The translations under genes were made by a program, and so were the position numbers. A stretch of 64,000 nucleotides of DNA from an uncultured Candidatus Saccharibacteria bacterium (GTDB taxonomy: Bacteria > Patescibacteriota > Minisyncoccia > RBG-13-40-8-A): the NCBI GenBank assembly GCA_965231075.1, contig OZ246412.1, positions 385,587 through 449,586 of the forward strand. The letters are read 5' to 3'. Positions 10,351 through 20,410 of this stretch are shown piece after piece. Under the pieces are notes generated by a model. It was given only the letters and a program-made list of their open reading frames with translations, made no database searches and had not been told where the DNA came from. Positions within the stretch are counted from its first letter, which is position 1, and every line of letters starts with the position of its first letter.

Positions 10351-11804
10351 GCTTTTTTAATTCTAAGAATAAAATTAATTATCCATCTCTCTGGGACAAG
10401 AGAAAAATAATGTTTTTCCCATCTCCATTTCGCCAGTTTACCGAAAATTTTTGCTAGCCCGAAGAAAAAACCCGAACCATTGGTCTTTTCGATAAAAATA
10501 TAATTAATTAAAAATGCAACATTCATTATAACTCTTTTCTTCTTTCTACTTATCCAGGGCATTCTAACCGTATTAAAATCATAATTCGCCCACTCCTCTA
10601 AGGTTTGTGGTGGTTGCCACCCCTCTCTTATGGCTAAGGCATACAAATCAGTTCCGGGATAAGGAGTAAAAATCCTCCAGGCTGGAATCCTAATCTTTGG
10701 ATCCAGTTTTTTCATTTTGTAGATCAAATCGGTGGTTTTATATAAATCTTCAATTGTCTCGGTTGGAAATCCTGCCATAAAATAATATTTGGAATTTATG
10801 CCCACCGTTTTCAATCTATTTATTGTCTCAAAAACATGATCAAGGGTAATATCTTTATGTATTAAATTTAAAATCTTTTCCGAGCCACTTTCAACACCAA
10901 AAGCCAAAGTTCTAAATCCTGCCCGATAAAGTAATTTTAAATATTTACTATCCATGTTGTTCGCCACATAATTTACCCTACAAGTAGTAAAAATTTCTAC
11001 ATTTAGATTGTTCTCAACAATTAAATTACAGATTTCCCTTGCCCGTTTCACGTCCACAAAAAATTCGTCATCTTCAACGTTGAAAGAATTTATGCCATAT
11101 TTATCAACAAAATACTTTATTTCCCGAAATACGCTTTCTGCAGACTTGCCACGCCATTTTCCTTTATTGAATTCTTTATTATAGCAGAACCCACAACGAT
11201 GTGGACACCCCCTGCTGGTATACAACGCAATATCTCTTGCAGATTTTCCGCTAGCAAAAGATTTTTTTGCAATATAATTCTCAATATCTACCAAATCATA
11301 TGGAACATCAAAAGCTTCGTCTAAATTAATAAAATCTCTCTGTTGAGAAATGATTATTTCGTTATTTTTTTTATAACCAATTCCCTTTATTGAATCTATT
11401 GACGTTTTCCGTTTTAGGGCGTCTATTAACCTCAAAAATGTTTCCTCGCCTTCTCCGATTACAACAAAATCAATATATTGATTTTGCAAGGTTTGCTTTG
11501 GCAACAAGCTAGGATGGACGCCGCCCCAAACTACCGGTATATTGCTGTGTTTTTTTACAAACCCAGACACCTCCAATCCATATAATATTTGTTTTCCTGT
11601 GAGCGCTGAGATGCCAAATGCCACGGGACTGTCTTTAAGGACTTCCATTACAACTTCTTGCCAATTTTTCTCAAGTCTTTGATCAATTATTTTAACGTCA
11701 TACCCATTGTGCGCCAAAGGGGCGGCAACAGACAAAATGCTCATCGGCAAAAGCCCGATAACGCTACTCTCATATTTTGGAAAAAACAATACAATTTTAG
11801 ACAT
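10347..11804 (-). CDS. B12-binding radical SAM enzyme (second paralog)
   Basis: N-terminal B12-binding-like domain, then SRGCPHRCGFC radical-SAM motif. Confidence 0.8.
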   Translation of the reverse strand: MSKIVLFFPKYESSVIGLLPMSILSVAAPLAHNGYDVKIIDQRLEKNWQEVVMEVLKDSPVAFGISALTGKQILYGLEVSGFVKKHSNIPVVWGGVHPSLLPKQTLQNQYIDFVVIGEGEETFLRLIDALKRKTSIDSIKGIGYKKNNEIIISQQRDFINLDEAFDVPYDLVDIENYIAKKSFASGKSARDIALYTSRGCPHRCGFCYNKEFNKGKWRGKSAESVFREIKYFVDKYGINSFNVEDDEFFVDVKRAREICNLIVENNLNVEIFTTCRVNYVANNMDSKYLKLLYRAGFRTLAFGVESGSEKILNLIHKDITLDHVFETINRLKTVGINSKYYFMAGFPTETIEDLYKTTDLIYKMKKLDPKIRIPAWRIFTPYPGTDLYALAIREGWQPPQTLEEWANYDFNTVRMPWISRKKKRVIMNVAFLINYIFIEKTNGSGFFFGLAKIFGKLAKWRWEKHYFSLVPERWIINFILRIKKA

Positions 11805-13017
11805 ATTTTTCGTACCATTTTAATGTTTCTTCGACCTTTTTCTTTAAAGAAAACTTTTCTTTTGCTTGTTCGTATCCAGCTTCTCCGAATTGTCGCATTT
11901 TGATTGGGTTTTGCAATAATTCCCAAGTCCTGTCTTTGATTGCTACAATATTGTTTGGATTTATCAGGTAACCAGTTTGATTGTCTAAAACGACCTCTTT
12001 CGGACCGCCAAAAAAACTACTTATTACCGGTTTCTTGCAAGCCATTGCTTCAAGATTGACAAGATTAAAAGTTTCAAAACATAATGATGGCGAAACAACA
12101 ATATCGGAAGAAAAAATTGCCAATTTTAATTCTTCTTCATCTAGCCAGCCTAAAGAAATTATATTATCGTTTATTTTTAGACTATCTATTTCTTTCTCAA
12201 CGAATTTGTTTGTTCTGTCAATTCCCGCGAACAACAAAACAATATTCTTATCGACGTCTTTTAACAGAGCAATCGTTTCTAAAATTTTAAAAACACCTTT
12301 TTCTATGCTCGGCCTCGCTCCAAAAAATAATACTTTTTTATTTTGTAGGCCGTGCTTTATTTTAAACTTATCAATTTCTGAAAGATTTTCTTTGTATTGG
12401 TCGACATCGATACCGTTATAAATTGTTTCGACATTATTAATTCCATTTAAAATCAAAAGCTCCTTTAGGGAGTCACTAACCGCAAATATTTTATCGACGC
12501 ATTTTAAATATTTTTTAATAAAAACATCTCTAAAGGGATTAAAACGTTTTTTTGCCGATTTTAATTTTTGCCAAAAGGTTATTTTATAAACATCTTTTCC
12601 GTTTCTGGGCATCAATTTTCCGTAATTAATCGACATTACGTCATGAGCGGTTAAAAAAACCGCCTTAGAATATTTTTTTGCTATTTTAAGGGACCTATAA
12701 GAAAGGTGATAATGAATATTGTGTGCATGTACAATGTCTGGATTAATCTTTTTAATTATTTTCTCTACCTTTGTGATTGTTTGCGGATTGATTAATCCTT
12801 TCCACGATCGCCATCTTTCGTGATAACAAGAATAAATTTTAAAGATTTTTAAGCAGCCCAAATCACTCTCCCTTTCTTCGCTTTTTATTCTTGTTGCAGT
12901 AATTATAAAAACCTCATGATTCGTTTTTTGAAGCTCTCGGGCTAAGTTATATACCACGATTCCAGCGCCACCACAAGAATTGGGCGGGAAATCATCATTT
13001 AATAAAACTATTTTCAT
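11797..13017 (-). CDS. GT4-family glycosyltransferase (glycosyl transferase group 1)
   Basis: N-terminal GT-B half (MKIVLLNDDFPPNSCGGAG) and C-terminal E..AMACKKPVISS motif. Confidence 0.8.
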   Translation of the reverse strand: MKIVLLNDDFPPNSCGGAGIVVYNLARELQKTNHEVFIITATRIKSEERESDLGCLKIFKIYSCYHERWRSWKGLINPQTITKVEKIIKKINPDIVHAHNIHYHLSYRSLKIAKKYSKAVFLTAHDVMSINYGKLMPRNGKDVYKITFWQKLKSAKKRFNPFRDVFIKKYLKCVDKIFAVSDSLKELLILNGINNVETIYNGIDVDQYKENLSEIDKFKIKHGLQNKKVLFFGARPSIEKGVFKILETIALLKDVDKNIVLLFAGIDRTNKFVEKEIDSLKINDNIISLGWLDEEELKLAIFSSDIVVSPSLCFETFNLVNLEAMACKKPVISSFFGGPKEVVLDNQTGYLINPNNIVAIKDRTWELLQNPIKMRQFGEAGYEQAKEKFSLKKKVEETLKWYEKYV

Positions 13018-13777
13018 TGTTCTTTATAGCTTCACTATTAGTTAAATATTTTATATTTTCTCGATTGGCTATGTGTCCAAAAATTTCTTCAACCTTATTC
13101 CATAAATTATGTTTTTCAATTTCCCAGGAATGTCCATATAGATGAAAAACTCCGCCATTTTTTAAAACACAACCAAACACATTCTTAACGAGCCTTTTCC
13201 AACCAAAGATTGAGTTTATAGGAAGCTTGAGCTTAATCACCCCTCTCAACACCCTAAATGCCCTGTATATTAAAACTTTAAATTTATATCTTAAACTCCA
13301 ATTTTTGGGCATAGAAAAAATTGGCCCCAAACAAACAGAAACCCCCATCAAAAAAGAATCCGTTATGTTGATCTGAAATAATTTAGTTGTTCTGGCACCA
13401 ATAAATCCTGATTGCTTAATTATTTTTATTGATTCCGACGTACATACTCCGCCGGGAAAGGCAAACACTTGTATCGATTCTTGAATTAAACTTTCTAACC
13501 ATTGTTTGGATCCGATTATCTCTTCTTCAACAGATCTTTGCGCTTTGTTTAAATAAACGTGAGTTAGTGTATGGGCGCCTATTTCTTGGGTTCTAGCAAT
13601 ATCGACTATTTCTTGTTCTGAAAGCAATTTAAGATGTTCGAATTTTTCTACTTCTAATTCAATTTTCTTAGGAATATAAAAAGTTCCCCTTAGGTTGTGT
13701 TTGTTTAAATATTCTAAAATTTTTAAATCTTCTTTTGCGCCATCATCCCAGCTGGTTGTAACAATAATTTTTTTCAT
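12995..13777 (-). CDS. Polysaccharide deacetylase (CE4/NodB homology)
   Basis: TTSWDDG (motif 1, TFDDG-like) and HTLTH (motif 2). Confidence 0.7.
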   Translation of the reverse strand: MKKIIVTTSWDDGAKEDLKILEYLNKHNLRGTFYIPKKIELEVEKFEHLKLLSEQEIVDIARTQEIGAHTLTHVYLNKAQRSVEEEIIGSKQWLESLIQESIQVFAFPGGVCTSESIKIIKQSGFIGARTTKLFQINITDSFLMGVSVCLGPIFSMPKNWSLRYKFKVLIYRAFRVLRGVIKLKLPINSIFGWKRLVKNVFGCVLKNGGVFHLYGHSWEIEKHNLWNKVEEIFGHIANRENIKYLTNSEAIKNNENSFIK

Positions 13778-14385
13778 TTTTGAGCAATTAAATAAACATT
13801 ACTATATACAATTTCACTTTTTGAAAATCTATCTAAAAAAGAAAAAAATTTTTGAACTTTTTCCATCAATCTTCTTTTAAAGATACTATGTTCTTTATAT
13901 GGGTTTAAAAACATAAATTTAAACCATTCTGCGAAAACTGTAAATGTTCGTCCATAAGAATCTATTTCAATAATTTTGAATCCTTGATTTTCAAACAAAA
14001 ATTTTAATCCGTTTACAGTATAACGAAAGTAATCATCTGGATCAGAATGTGAAGGAATTAAAAACGGTGCGGTTAAAACGCAAACCCCCTTCTCCTTTAA
14101 AACTCTGTAAATCTGCCAAACAACAAGTTGCGGATTCTTAACATGTTCTAACATTTGAGTACAAATTATTGTATCAAATTCTTCATTTTCAAATGGCAAA
14201 TCAGCGGCGTCACATACAATATCAATATTTTTACTATAAATTATGTCTGTCGCTATATATTTTTTAGATTTTTTAGTTATTATTGATTTATACTTTCCCT
14301 CGCCAGCTCCCAAGTCTAAAGTTTTTCCAGAAATATAGTTGAGGGAATAAGTAATTACATCTACTGTTTTATTAAATTTTTTCAT
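13774..14385 (-). CDS. Class I SAM-dependent methyltransferase (type 11)
   Basis: LDLGAGEGKY SAM-binding motif and ICTQMLEHV. I placed the start at the internal Met (MKKFNK) to remove the 74-nt overlap with the upstream methyltransferase; the ORF-track start is 14445. Confidence 0.7.
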   Translation of the reverse strand: MKKFNKTVDVITYSLNYISGKTLDLGAGEGKYKSIITKKSKKYIATDIIYSKNIDIVCDAADLPFENEEFDTIICTQMLEHVKNPQLVVWQIYRVLKEKGVCVLTAPFLIPSHSDPDDYFRYTVNGLKFLFENQGFKIIEIDSYGRTFTVFAEWFKFMFLNPYKEHSIFKRRLMEKVQKFFSFLDRFSKSEIVYSNVYLIAQK

Positions 14386-15025
14386 TTTTTTGGGCCAAAA
14401 CACACCAACCAAGAGCGTGTTTATTATTGGCATTATTTTTATCAATTTTATCTAAAAAAATCATAAATTTACCATACCATCTTATTAATGGCCTCAAGAA
14501 GAAAGACCATTCTTTATTATAAAGATTATATCGATCAATTAGGTATCTTATTTTAAGCTGTGCAATAGAAGTAAAAAATCCACCACGTTGATCTATCGCT
14601 ATAATCTCAAATTCTGATTTTTCAAAAATCTCTTTCAGTCCAAACTTAGTAAATCTCCAGAAATCATTCGGCTCATCGTGTAGTTCATTCAAAAGAGATT
14701 CTGTGAAAAGAACGTAACCATTGTCCTTAAGAATTCTATAAAATTCCTTTAAAACAACCACCGGCTCCTTAACGTCACCCAATACCTGGGTACAAACAAT
14801 AGAATCTATTGATTTTTCTTCTATTGGGATTCTTTCTGCAGAAGCAATAATATTTGGATGATTCTCCGAATTTATGTCCAATACAATATACTTGTCATAA
14901 TTAAAAAGAGATGCATATCTTTTAATTTTTCCCCCTCCGACATCTAAAACAACCCCCTTAATATAAGAAGCATATTTTTTAATTTGTTTTTCTAAAAGAC
15001 ATCTATCTGGTTGGAAAATATACAT
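14372..15025 (-). CDS. Class I SAM-dependent methyltransferase (type 11), paralog of the neighbouring gene
   Basis: VLDVGGGK motif I and IVCTQVLGDVKEP. Confidence 0.75.
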   Translation of the reverse strand: MYIFQPDRCLLEKQIKKYASYIKGVVLDVGGGKIKRYASLFNYDKYIVLDINSENHPNIIASAERIPIEEKSIDSIVCTQVLGDVKEPVVVLKEFYRILKDNGYVLFTESLLNELHDEPNDFWRFTKFGLKEIFEKSEFEIIAIDQRGGFFTSIAQLKIRYLIDRYNLYNKEWSFFLRPLIRWYGKFMIFLDKIDKNNANNKHALGWCVLAQKNEKI

Positions 15026-15028
15026 AGG

Positions 15029-16108
15029 TTATTTATAGAAGCTTAGATATTTTTTAATTACGTTGTCCCAGCTCATTTTTTGCGCAAAAATCCTTCCCTC
15101 TTTCCCCATTCCCCGAGCTAAGCCTGAATCATCTAATAGTTTTAAAATAAATTTAGAGGTTGCATTAATGTCGTTCGGAGAAACCAAAAATCCCGTTTTA
15201 TTATTTATAATTGCATCTTCTGCGCCACAATTATAAGTGCCAATGACGGGTTTCCCGCAAGCTCCTGCCTCTAAATACGCCAAACCAAATCCTTCAAAAT
15301 CATTATCATTGATCGTAACTGGCACTAATAAAAATATGTCTGACTGATAATACAATTTAATTAATTCCTCGTCAGATAAATTTTCCAGAAATTCGATATT
15401 TTTTTCTAGCTTCAAGTTTTTTACTAAATCAGAATATATTTTTGGTGGCCTACCGCCAACTATATAGTATTTTATATTGGGATATCTTTTTTTTATTTTA
15501 ACAATCGCCGGTATTGATATGTGGTAACCCTTTCTAGGCTTTAATGCGCCAACACTTAAAATTATTTTTTTAGAACCATTGCCCTCTAACGCGATTACTT
15601 TTTGAAATTTATCATAATCGACACCGAGACTTATAACGTCAATATTGTCTAGCTTAATTCTCTTTAATATTTGGTCTTTGGTAAAATTACTAATACATAA
15701 AATCTTATAAACTCTTTTATATGCCCATTTCGTTAAAATTTTTATTATCGATTTATCCAGCGGTAAAATAGTGTATGTCCCCACGCCCGTGATAATTACT
15801 CTTTTTTTAAGACCAATAACGGTCAAGGCCGCTATCACCCCGTAAGGATAACCGTCTAAAGCATGAATAATATCGCAAGTTTTCACATATTTTCTTGCTC
15901 TAAAAGCGTTTATAAAAATATTTAAAATGTGATTTAAACCGAGCGATTTTTTTAAAATAGGCTTTGCGAGATCGCTATGATCATCTACTTCAGTTAAAAC
16001 AACTAATTCTATCTCTTTGTCTTTTTTAAGAGAATTAATTAATTCCAGGGCGAACCTTCCTTCGCCTCTTTTTTCGTCTAAAGTTTTAGCTAAAAAGCAG
16101 ACTTTCAT
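15029..16108 (-). CDS. GT4-family glycosyltransferase
   Basis: EGFGLAYLEAGACGKPVIGT C-terminal GT4 motif. Confidence 0.8.
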   Translation of the reverse strand: MKVCFLAKTLDEKRGEGRFALELINSLKKDKEIELVVLTEVDDHSDLAKPILKKSLGLNHILNIFINAFRARKYVKTCDIIHALDGYPYGVIAALTVIGLKKRVIITGVGTYTILPLDKSIIKILTKWAYKRVYKILCISNFTKDQILKRIKLDNIDVISLGVDYDKFQKVIALEGNGSKKIILSVGALKPRKGYHISIPAIVKIKKRYPNIKYYIVGGRPPKIYSDLVKNLKLEKNIEFLENLSDEELIKLYYQSDIFLLVPVTINDNDFEGFGLAYLEAGACGKPVIGTYNCGAEDAIINNKTGFLVSPNDINATSKFILKLLDDSGLARGMGKEGRIFAQKMSWDNVIKKYLSFYK

Positions 16109-16110
16109 TT

Positions 16111-17514
16111 TTAAGGTGTAATTCTATAAATTGGCCTTCCTTTTTCTGATTCGCCAATAAATTCGGCACGTTTAAGACAATTAGAATTTTTAATGATAAA
16201 ATCAATAAATTGTTCTGGGGTGTAACTTTTGTAAACCGCCCTCCCCTGAAATTCCTCCGGAAGATACGGTTCAAAGATCAATTCTTTTGTATTGAGTCTT
16301 TTTACGAAATCGATTAAATTAAGATACGTGTCTTCTTGGTCCAAAAAGTGATGAAAAACGCTTAGAGCCAATACGACGTCAAAATTAATTTCTTGATTTT
16401 TTTTATATTCAAATAAATTTTCTGAAATTATCTTAAATTTTTTGTTTTCTATTTCTTTTAATCTTTTTAAAAAATTGACACACATCCGATTTTCTTCTAA
16501 TGCATAACAATCAAATCCTTCGTCTTCAAATCTGTGGCAAAAATATCCTAGATTGGCACCTACATCAAGAAGCGTTCCTTTTTTGGTGACAAGGCCATTT
16601 TCTATTGTTTTAAATCGCTCTTCTCCGTCCCTACGAAATGGAATATCTTGCAATTCCGGATGCGTAAGTGGCTGATAAAGTTGTCCTTTTTGATAATTTT
16701 TAGAAAAGAAAATTAATTCTTTTCTAAAGTCCATCCATTTCTTATGTCGAGTAATAACCACCACTGGAATTTTATCTAAATTCAACAACTTGACAATGGA
16801 AAGTCGATGTCTCCCATCGGCCAACACAAATTGACCGTTTCTATCAATAATTACCGCAATCTCATCTAATGCGCCACTCGATTTACCTATTTTATTTAAC
16901 AGTGTTTTTGGCGGATAGAGTTCCTGTTGTAATTTATAGCCATTGTCTTTAATTTGAGAATATAGCAAGTCTAATTTTTTAAGTCGCGCGTCAAAATCTT
17001 CTTTATTTTTACATTCCCATTTTCTTGTACCGGTAGATATTTGATTCAAAACCCTCTGATAAAACTCCGTATCTCTCCATTCGCCGCCATTCTTAAATCT
17101 GTGCTCAAATGCACGATAAACATCCATGTCTTCAAATTTTGCAACAGACAGGTCCCAGTCACCACTTAAAACCTTGCCATAATTTTGCCATGTCTTAAAT
17201 TTGCCATCCTTGTTTATCAAATAGTGATTTATTCTGTTGGGACTTATCCAAAGGATTTTATCTAAGTTTATAATGTTGTCGTTGTGTTTAATTTTTGTCG
17301 TTAATTTTAAAATTTGTTTTTTAATAATAAATTTTATATCACAAAAAAGGTTCCATCCCAGGGCCAATGGACGACCAATGATTGGCATTTTCTTATTCAA
17401 ATCAAAAATAAAGCTTCTGCTGTTTATGATTAATTTATTTTTTATTTTCTTGATTGATTTCATGTATCTAATAAATATTTTTTGCACCAAACCTGAAACA
17501 CTATTAATGCCCAA
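16111..17514 (-). CDS. Two-domain protein: N-terminal ParB/sulfiredoxin-fold domain fused to a C-terminal FkbM-family SAM methyltransferase
   Basis: ParB/Srx signature ...IAVIIDRNGQFVLADGRHRLSI.... The C-terminal half carries LLDVGANLGYF (FkbM-type motif I). Confidence 0.5.
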   Translation of the reverse strand: MGINSVSGLVQKIFIRYMKSIKKIKNKLIINSRSFIFDLNKKMPIIGRPLALGWNLFCDIKFIIKKQILKLTTKIKHNDNIINLDKILWISPNRINHYLINKDGKFKTWQNYGKVLSGDWDLSVAKFEDMDVYRAFEHRFKNGGEWRDTEFYQRVLNQISTGTRKWECKNKEDFDARLKKLDLLYSQIKDNGYKLQQELYPPKTLLNKIGKSSGALDEIAVIIDRNGQFVLADGRHRLSIVKLLNLDKIPVVVITRHKKWMDFRKELIFFSKNYQKGQLYQPLTHPELQDIPFRRDGEERFKTIENGLVTKKGTLLDVGANLGYFCHRFEDEGFDCYALEENRMCVNFLKRLKEIENKKFKIISENLFEYKKNQEINFDVVLALSVFHHFLDQEDTYLNLIDFVKRLNTKELIFEPYLPEEFQGRAVYKSYTPEQFIDFIIKNSNCLKRAEFIGESEKGRPIYRITP

Positions 17515-19268
17515 ATTAGATTTAAATTGTAACTTTTTTTATCAACATGGTCAATGAACATTCTCTGAATTCCATCGAAATTAAAATACTTTCTGTTGTC
17601 CGAAAAATACTCAGGAGACAAAATTTGTTTGGCTTTTTGATTAAGGCCTTCTCTCAACCATTGCGATGCTGGAGTCATCCAAACTTTTTTCTTGTCTGAA
17701 CTTAAAATATGTTCTGGTAAATATTTTTCCATTGCTTTAATAAAAATTGTCTTGCCTTGGTTTCTGTTAAGCATCTTGTATTTGTTGGGAATTTTTGCAG
17801 ACAGTTCTACTAATTGGTGGTCCAGAATTGGAACTCTTTCCTCTAATCCCATCGCCATCGTCATCTTATCAGAACGCATTAATGATTCGTCTGGTAACCA
17901 CGTTTTAAGATCGGCCAACATAAATTGATTTGTAAATTCTGTTCTCGGGCTTAATTTAAAATATTTTTTCTTAAATAATTTTAAAGTGTTTTTTGTTGAG
18001 TTTATATTTTTGTTTAAAATTTTCCCAAGTTCTTTTTCCTTCTGCGACATAAATTTCAAATAAACCCTGGTTTTCAAAAACGGAAAAAATCTTATAAATT
18101 TATATTTATCCAAAAAATAACCATAATAATATCTTTTGTATCCCCCAAATAATTCATCTCCGCCATCTCCACCCAAAACAACCGCCACCTCTTTTTTTGC
18201 ATATTCCGCCAAAAGCATGGTTGCAATTTGTGTTGGTTCTGCCACGGGTTCGTCCATATGATAAACAATTTTTTCCAAATTATTCAAAATATCTTCACTT
18301 TTAATTATAAGTTCGTGATGCTCGGTATTATAAAGCTTACTTGTTTCTCTGGCCAGTTTTAAATCAGCGTTAAATTTATTGTTTGGATCATTAATATTAA
18401 ACCCGACAGAGAACGTTTTAATTTTAGCATTAGTTAGTTCTTTCGCAATCCCCAAAACACTCGTAGAATCAATTCCCCCGCTTAAAAATACCCCCACCGG
18501 TCTGTCAGAAATAAGTTGTCCTTGAACTGATTTTTTCATTAAATTCTGAATTTTTCCAATAATTTCTTGTTCTGATTCAATCCTTTTTGTATCTGTAACG
18601 TCCCAATATTTATAAGTTTTTGGTTCGAAGTTCGGAGTTCGAAGTGAGGCCCTGAGATAATGTGCCTGTGGAAGCTTAAAAACGCCCTTAAACATCGTTA
18701 ATGGGGCTGGGACGTACATAAGTCGGAAATAATGGTTAAACGCTTCTGGGTCAATTTCTCGCTTAATATCGTGCTCTAAAATTGCTTTAATCTCTGATGA
18801 AAAAATGAACTTGTTGTCATCATTGTAATAATATAATGGTTTCACTCCGACTCTATCTCGTGCTAAAAATAATTCCTTGTTTTTAATATCATAAATTGCG
18901 AACGCAAAAATTCCATTCAATAGTTCTAAACACTTTTCTTTTTTTTCTTCGTATAAGTGTAACACAACCTCCGTATCCGTTTGAGAAATAAATTTATGAC
19001 CATTTTTTTCTAAATCTTTTTTTAGTTCTTGAAAATTATAAATTTCCCCATTAAAAATGATGCACAAACTTTTGTCTTCGTTAAAAAGTGGTTGTTTGCC
19101 GTTTTCAGACAAATCAATAATCGACAATCTTCTGTGCCCCAGGGAAATATTTTCATCAATATAAAAACCTTCTCCATCGGGCCCACGATGCTTTATTTTC
19201 TCATTCATTTTCCGAATTAATGTCCTGCTGTCGTTATTATAATTTATGAAACCGTTTATTCCGCACAT
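17460..19268 (-). CDS. asnB: Asparagine synthase (glutamine-hydrolysing) family amidotransferase
   Basis: N-terminal MCGI nucleophile Cys (class II glutamine amidotransferase), a SGGIDS PP-loop and overall AsnB-like length. Confidence 0.85.
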   Translation of the reverse strand: MCGINGFINYNNDSRTLIRKMNEKIKHRGPDGEGFYIDENISLGHRRLSIIDLSENGKQPLFNEDKSLCIIFNGEIYNFQELKKDLEKNGHKFISQTDTEVVLHLYEEKKEKCLELLNGIFAFAIYDIKNKELFLARDRVGVKPLYYYNDDNKFIFSSEIKAILEHDIKREIDPEAFNHYFRLMYVPAPLTMFKGVFKLPQAHYLRASLRTPNFEPKTYKYWDVTDTKRIESEQEIIGKIQNLMKKSVQGQLISDRPVGVFLSGGIDSTSVLGIAKELTNAKIKTFSVGFNINDPNNKFNADLKLARETSKLYNTEHHELIIKSEDILNNLEKIVYHMDEPVAEPTQIATMLLAEYAKKEVAVVLGGDGGDELFGGYKRYYYGYFLDKYKFIRFFPFLKTRVYLKFMSQKEKELGKILNKNINSTKNTLKLFKKKYFKLSPRTEFTNQFMLADLKTWLPDESLMRSDKMTMAMGLEERVPILDHQLVELSAKIPNKYKMLNRNQGKTIFIKAMEKYLPEHILSSDKKKVWMTPASQWLREGLNQKAKQILSPEYFSDNRKYFNFDGIQRMFIDHVDKKSYNLNLIWALIVFQVWCKKYLLDT

Positions 19269-20410
19269 ATAAATTCAATGATTTTTTTAGCTCGATTGTC
19301 CCACGTGTATTGCTGAACATCTTTATATGCTTGTTCCGATATTGATTTTAATAACTCTGTGTCGTTTAGTGCTTTTTTAATGCTAACTGCCATTGCTTCC
19401 GGATTATCTGATTCGACAAGAATAGAATTTTCGTTATTCAAAATCTCTTTAAACGAGGGAAGATTAGAAGCCACGATCGGATTGCCCGAAGCCATATATT
19501 CAAACATTTTCATTGGCGAAGTATGTTCTTTGGATGTTTCTGAGTTCGTGGTTCCAGTTAAAACTAGGCAATCGGCTGACTTTAAATAGGCAGGAATCAA
19601 AGAATAATCCTTGTGACCCAAAACCAGAACATTTCCCAAATTATTTTTTTCAACAAATTTTTTGAAATTAGATAGATACCATTTAATCCCGCCAACAATA
19701 ACAATTAAAACATTGTCTTCTAAGAATTTTGACGCCATTGCTAGCGTTTCCACGCCCTTCCACTTATATAAATGTCCCGCATAAAGAGCAATTTTTTTAT
19801 TCTGTGGTAATCCTAATTTTTCTCGACACCCCTCTTTGTCCGCAACAACATTAAAATCGTCTAAGTCAATTGCGTCTCCGGCAATCATAATTTTATTTTC
19901 TTTAACTCCCCTCTTCGCCAAATCTTTTTTCAGCCCATCAGTAATAACAATAATTTTTTGAACTCTATTTAGTATAAATTTAAATAAACTCTTGTGAAGT
20001 TGATGCGCCTCTAAAACAATATTGCGTTTAAATAAACAAAGGAAGAATAAACTAAACCTGTCTCGAGAATAAATAATATCTGCTTTTCTGAACAGAGTAT
20101 AAAAAAATGTCGAAATTGCAAAAGAGATTGCTTGAATTAAAAACGAAACTGGCCCCAGATATTTGTTTAGAGGGGTCAAATCGATACAAAATATCTTTTT
20201 GATCTTGAAACTTTTATCAACTCTATAGTATTCAAACGGATCTTTTTTTGATAGTTCAGATATGCCAAATCGTCTTGGAACAATAAGTTCCACCTCCAAC
20301 TTCGAACCTCTAACCTCTATCTCAGAAAACGCTCCGCACATCTTCATTATCTGAAGTCCATGTGCCATTTCGGTCGGTATTCTGATGTTGGCAATATAAA
20401 GTATTTTCAT
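19256..20410 (-). CDS. GT4-family glycosyltransferase
   Basis: C-terminal EYMASGNPIVASNLPS motif. Confidence 0.75.
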   Translation of the reverse strand: MKILYIANIRIPTEMAHGLQIMKMCGAFSEIEVRGSKLEVELIVPRRFGISELSKKDPFEYYRVDKSFKIKKIFCIDLTPLNKYLGPVSFLIQAISFAISTFFYTLFRKADIIYSRDRFSLFFLCLFKRNIVLEAHQLHKSLFKFILNRVQKIIVITDGLKKDLAKRGVKENKIMIAGDAIDLDDFNVVADKEGCREKLGLPQNKKIALYAGHLYKWKGVETLAMASKFLEDNVLIVIVGGIKWYLSNFKKFVEKNNLGNVLVLGHKDYSLIPAYLKSADCLVLTGTTNSETSKEHTSPMKMFEYMASGNPIVASNLPSFKEILNNENSILVESDNPEAMAVSIKKALNDTELLKSISEQAYKDVQQYTWDNRAKKIIEFICAE

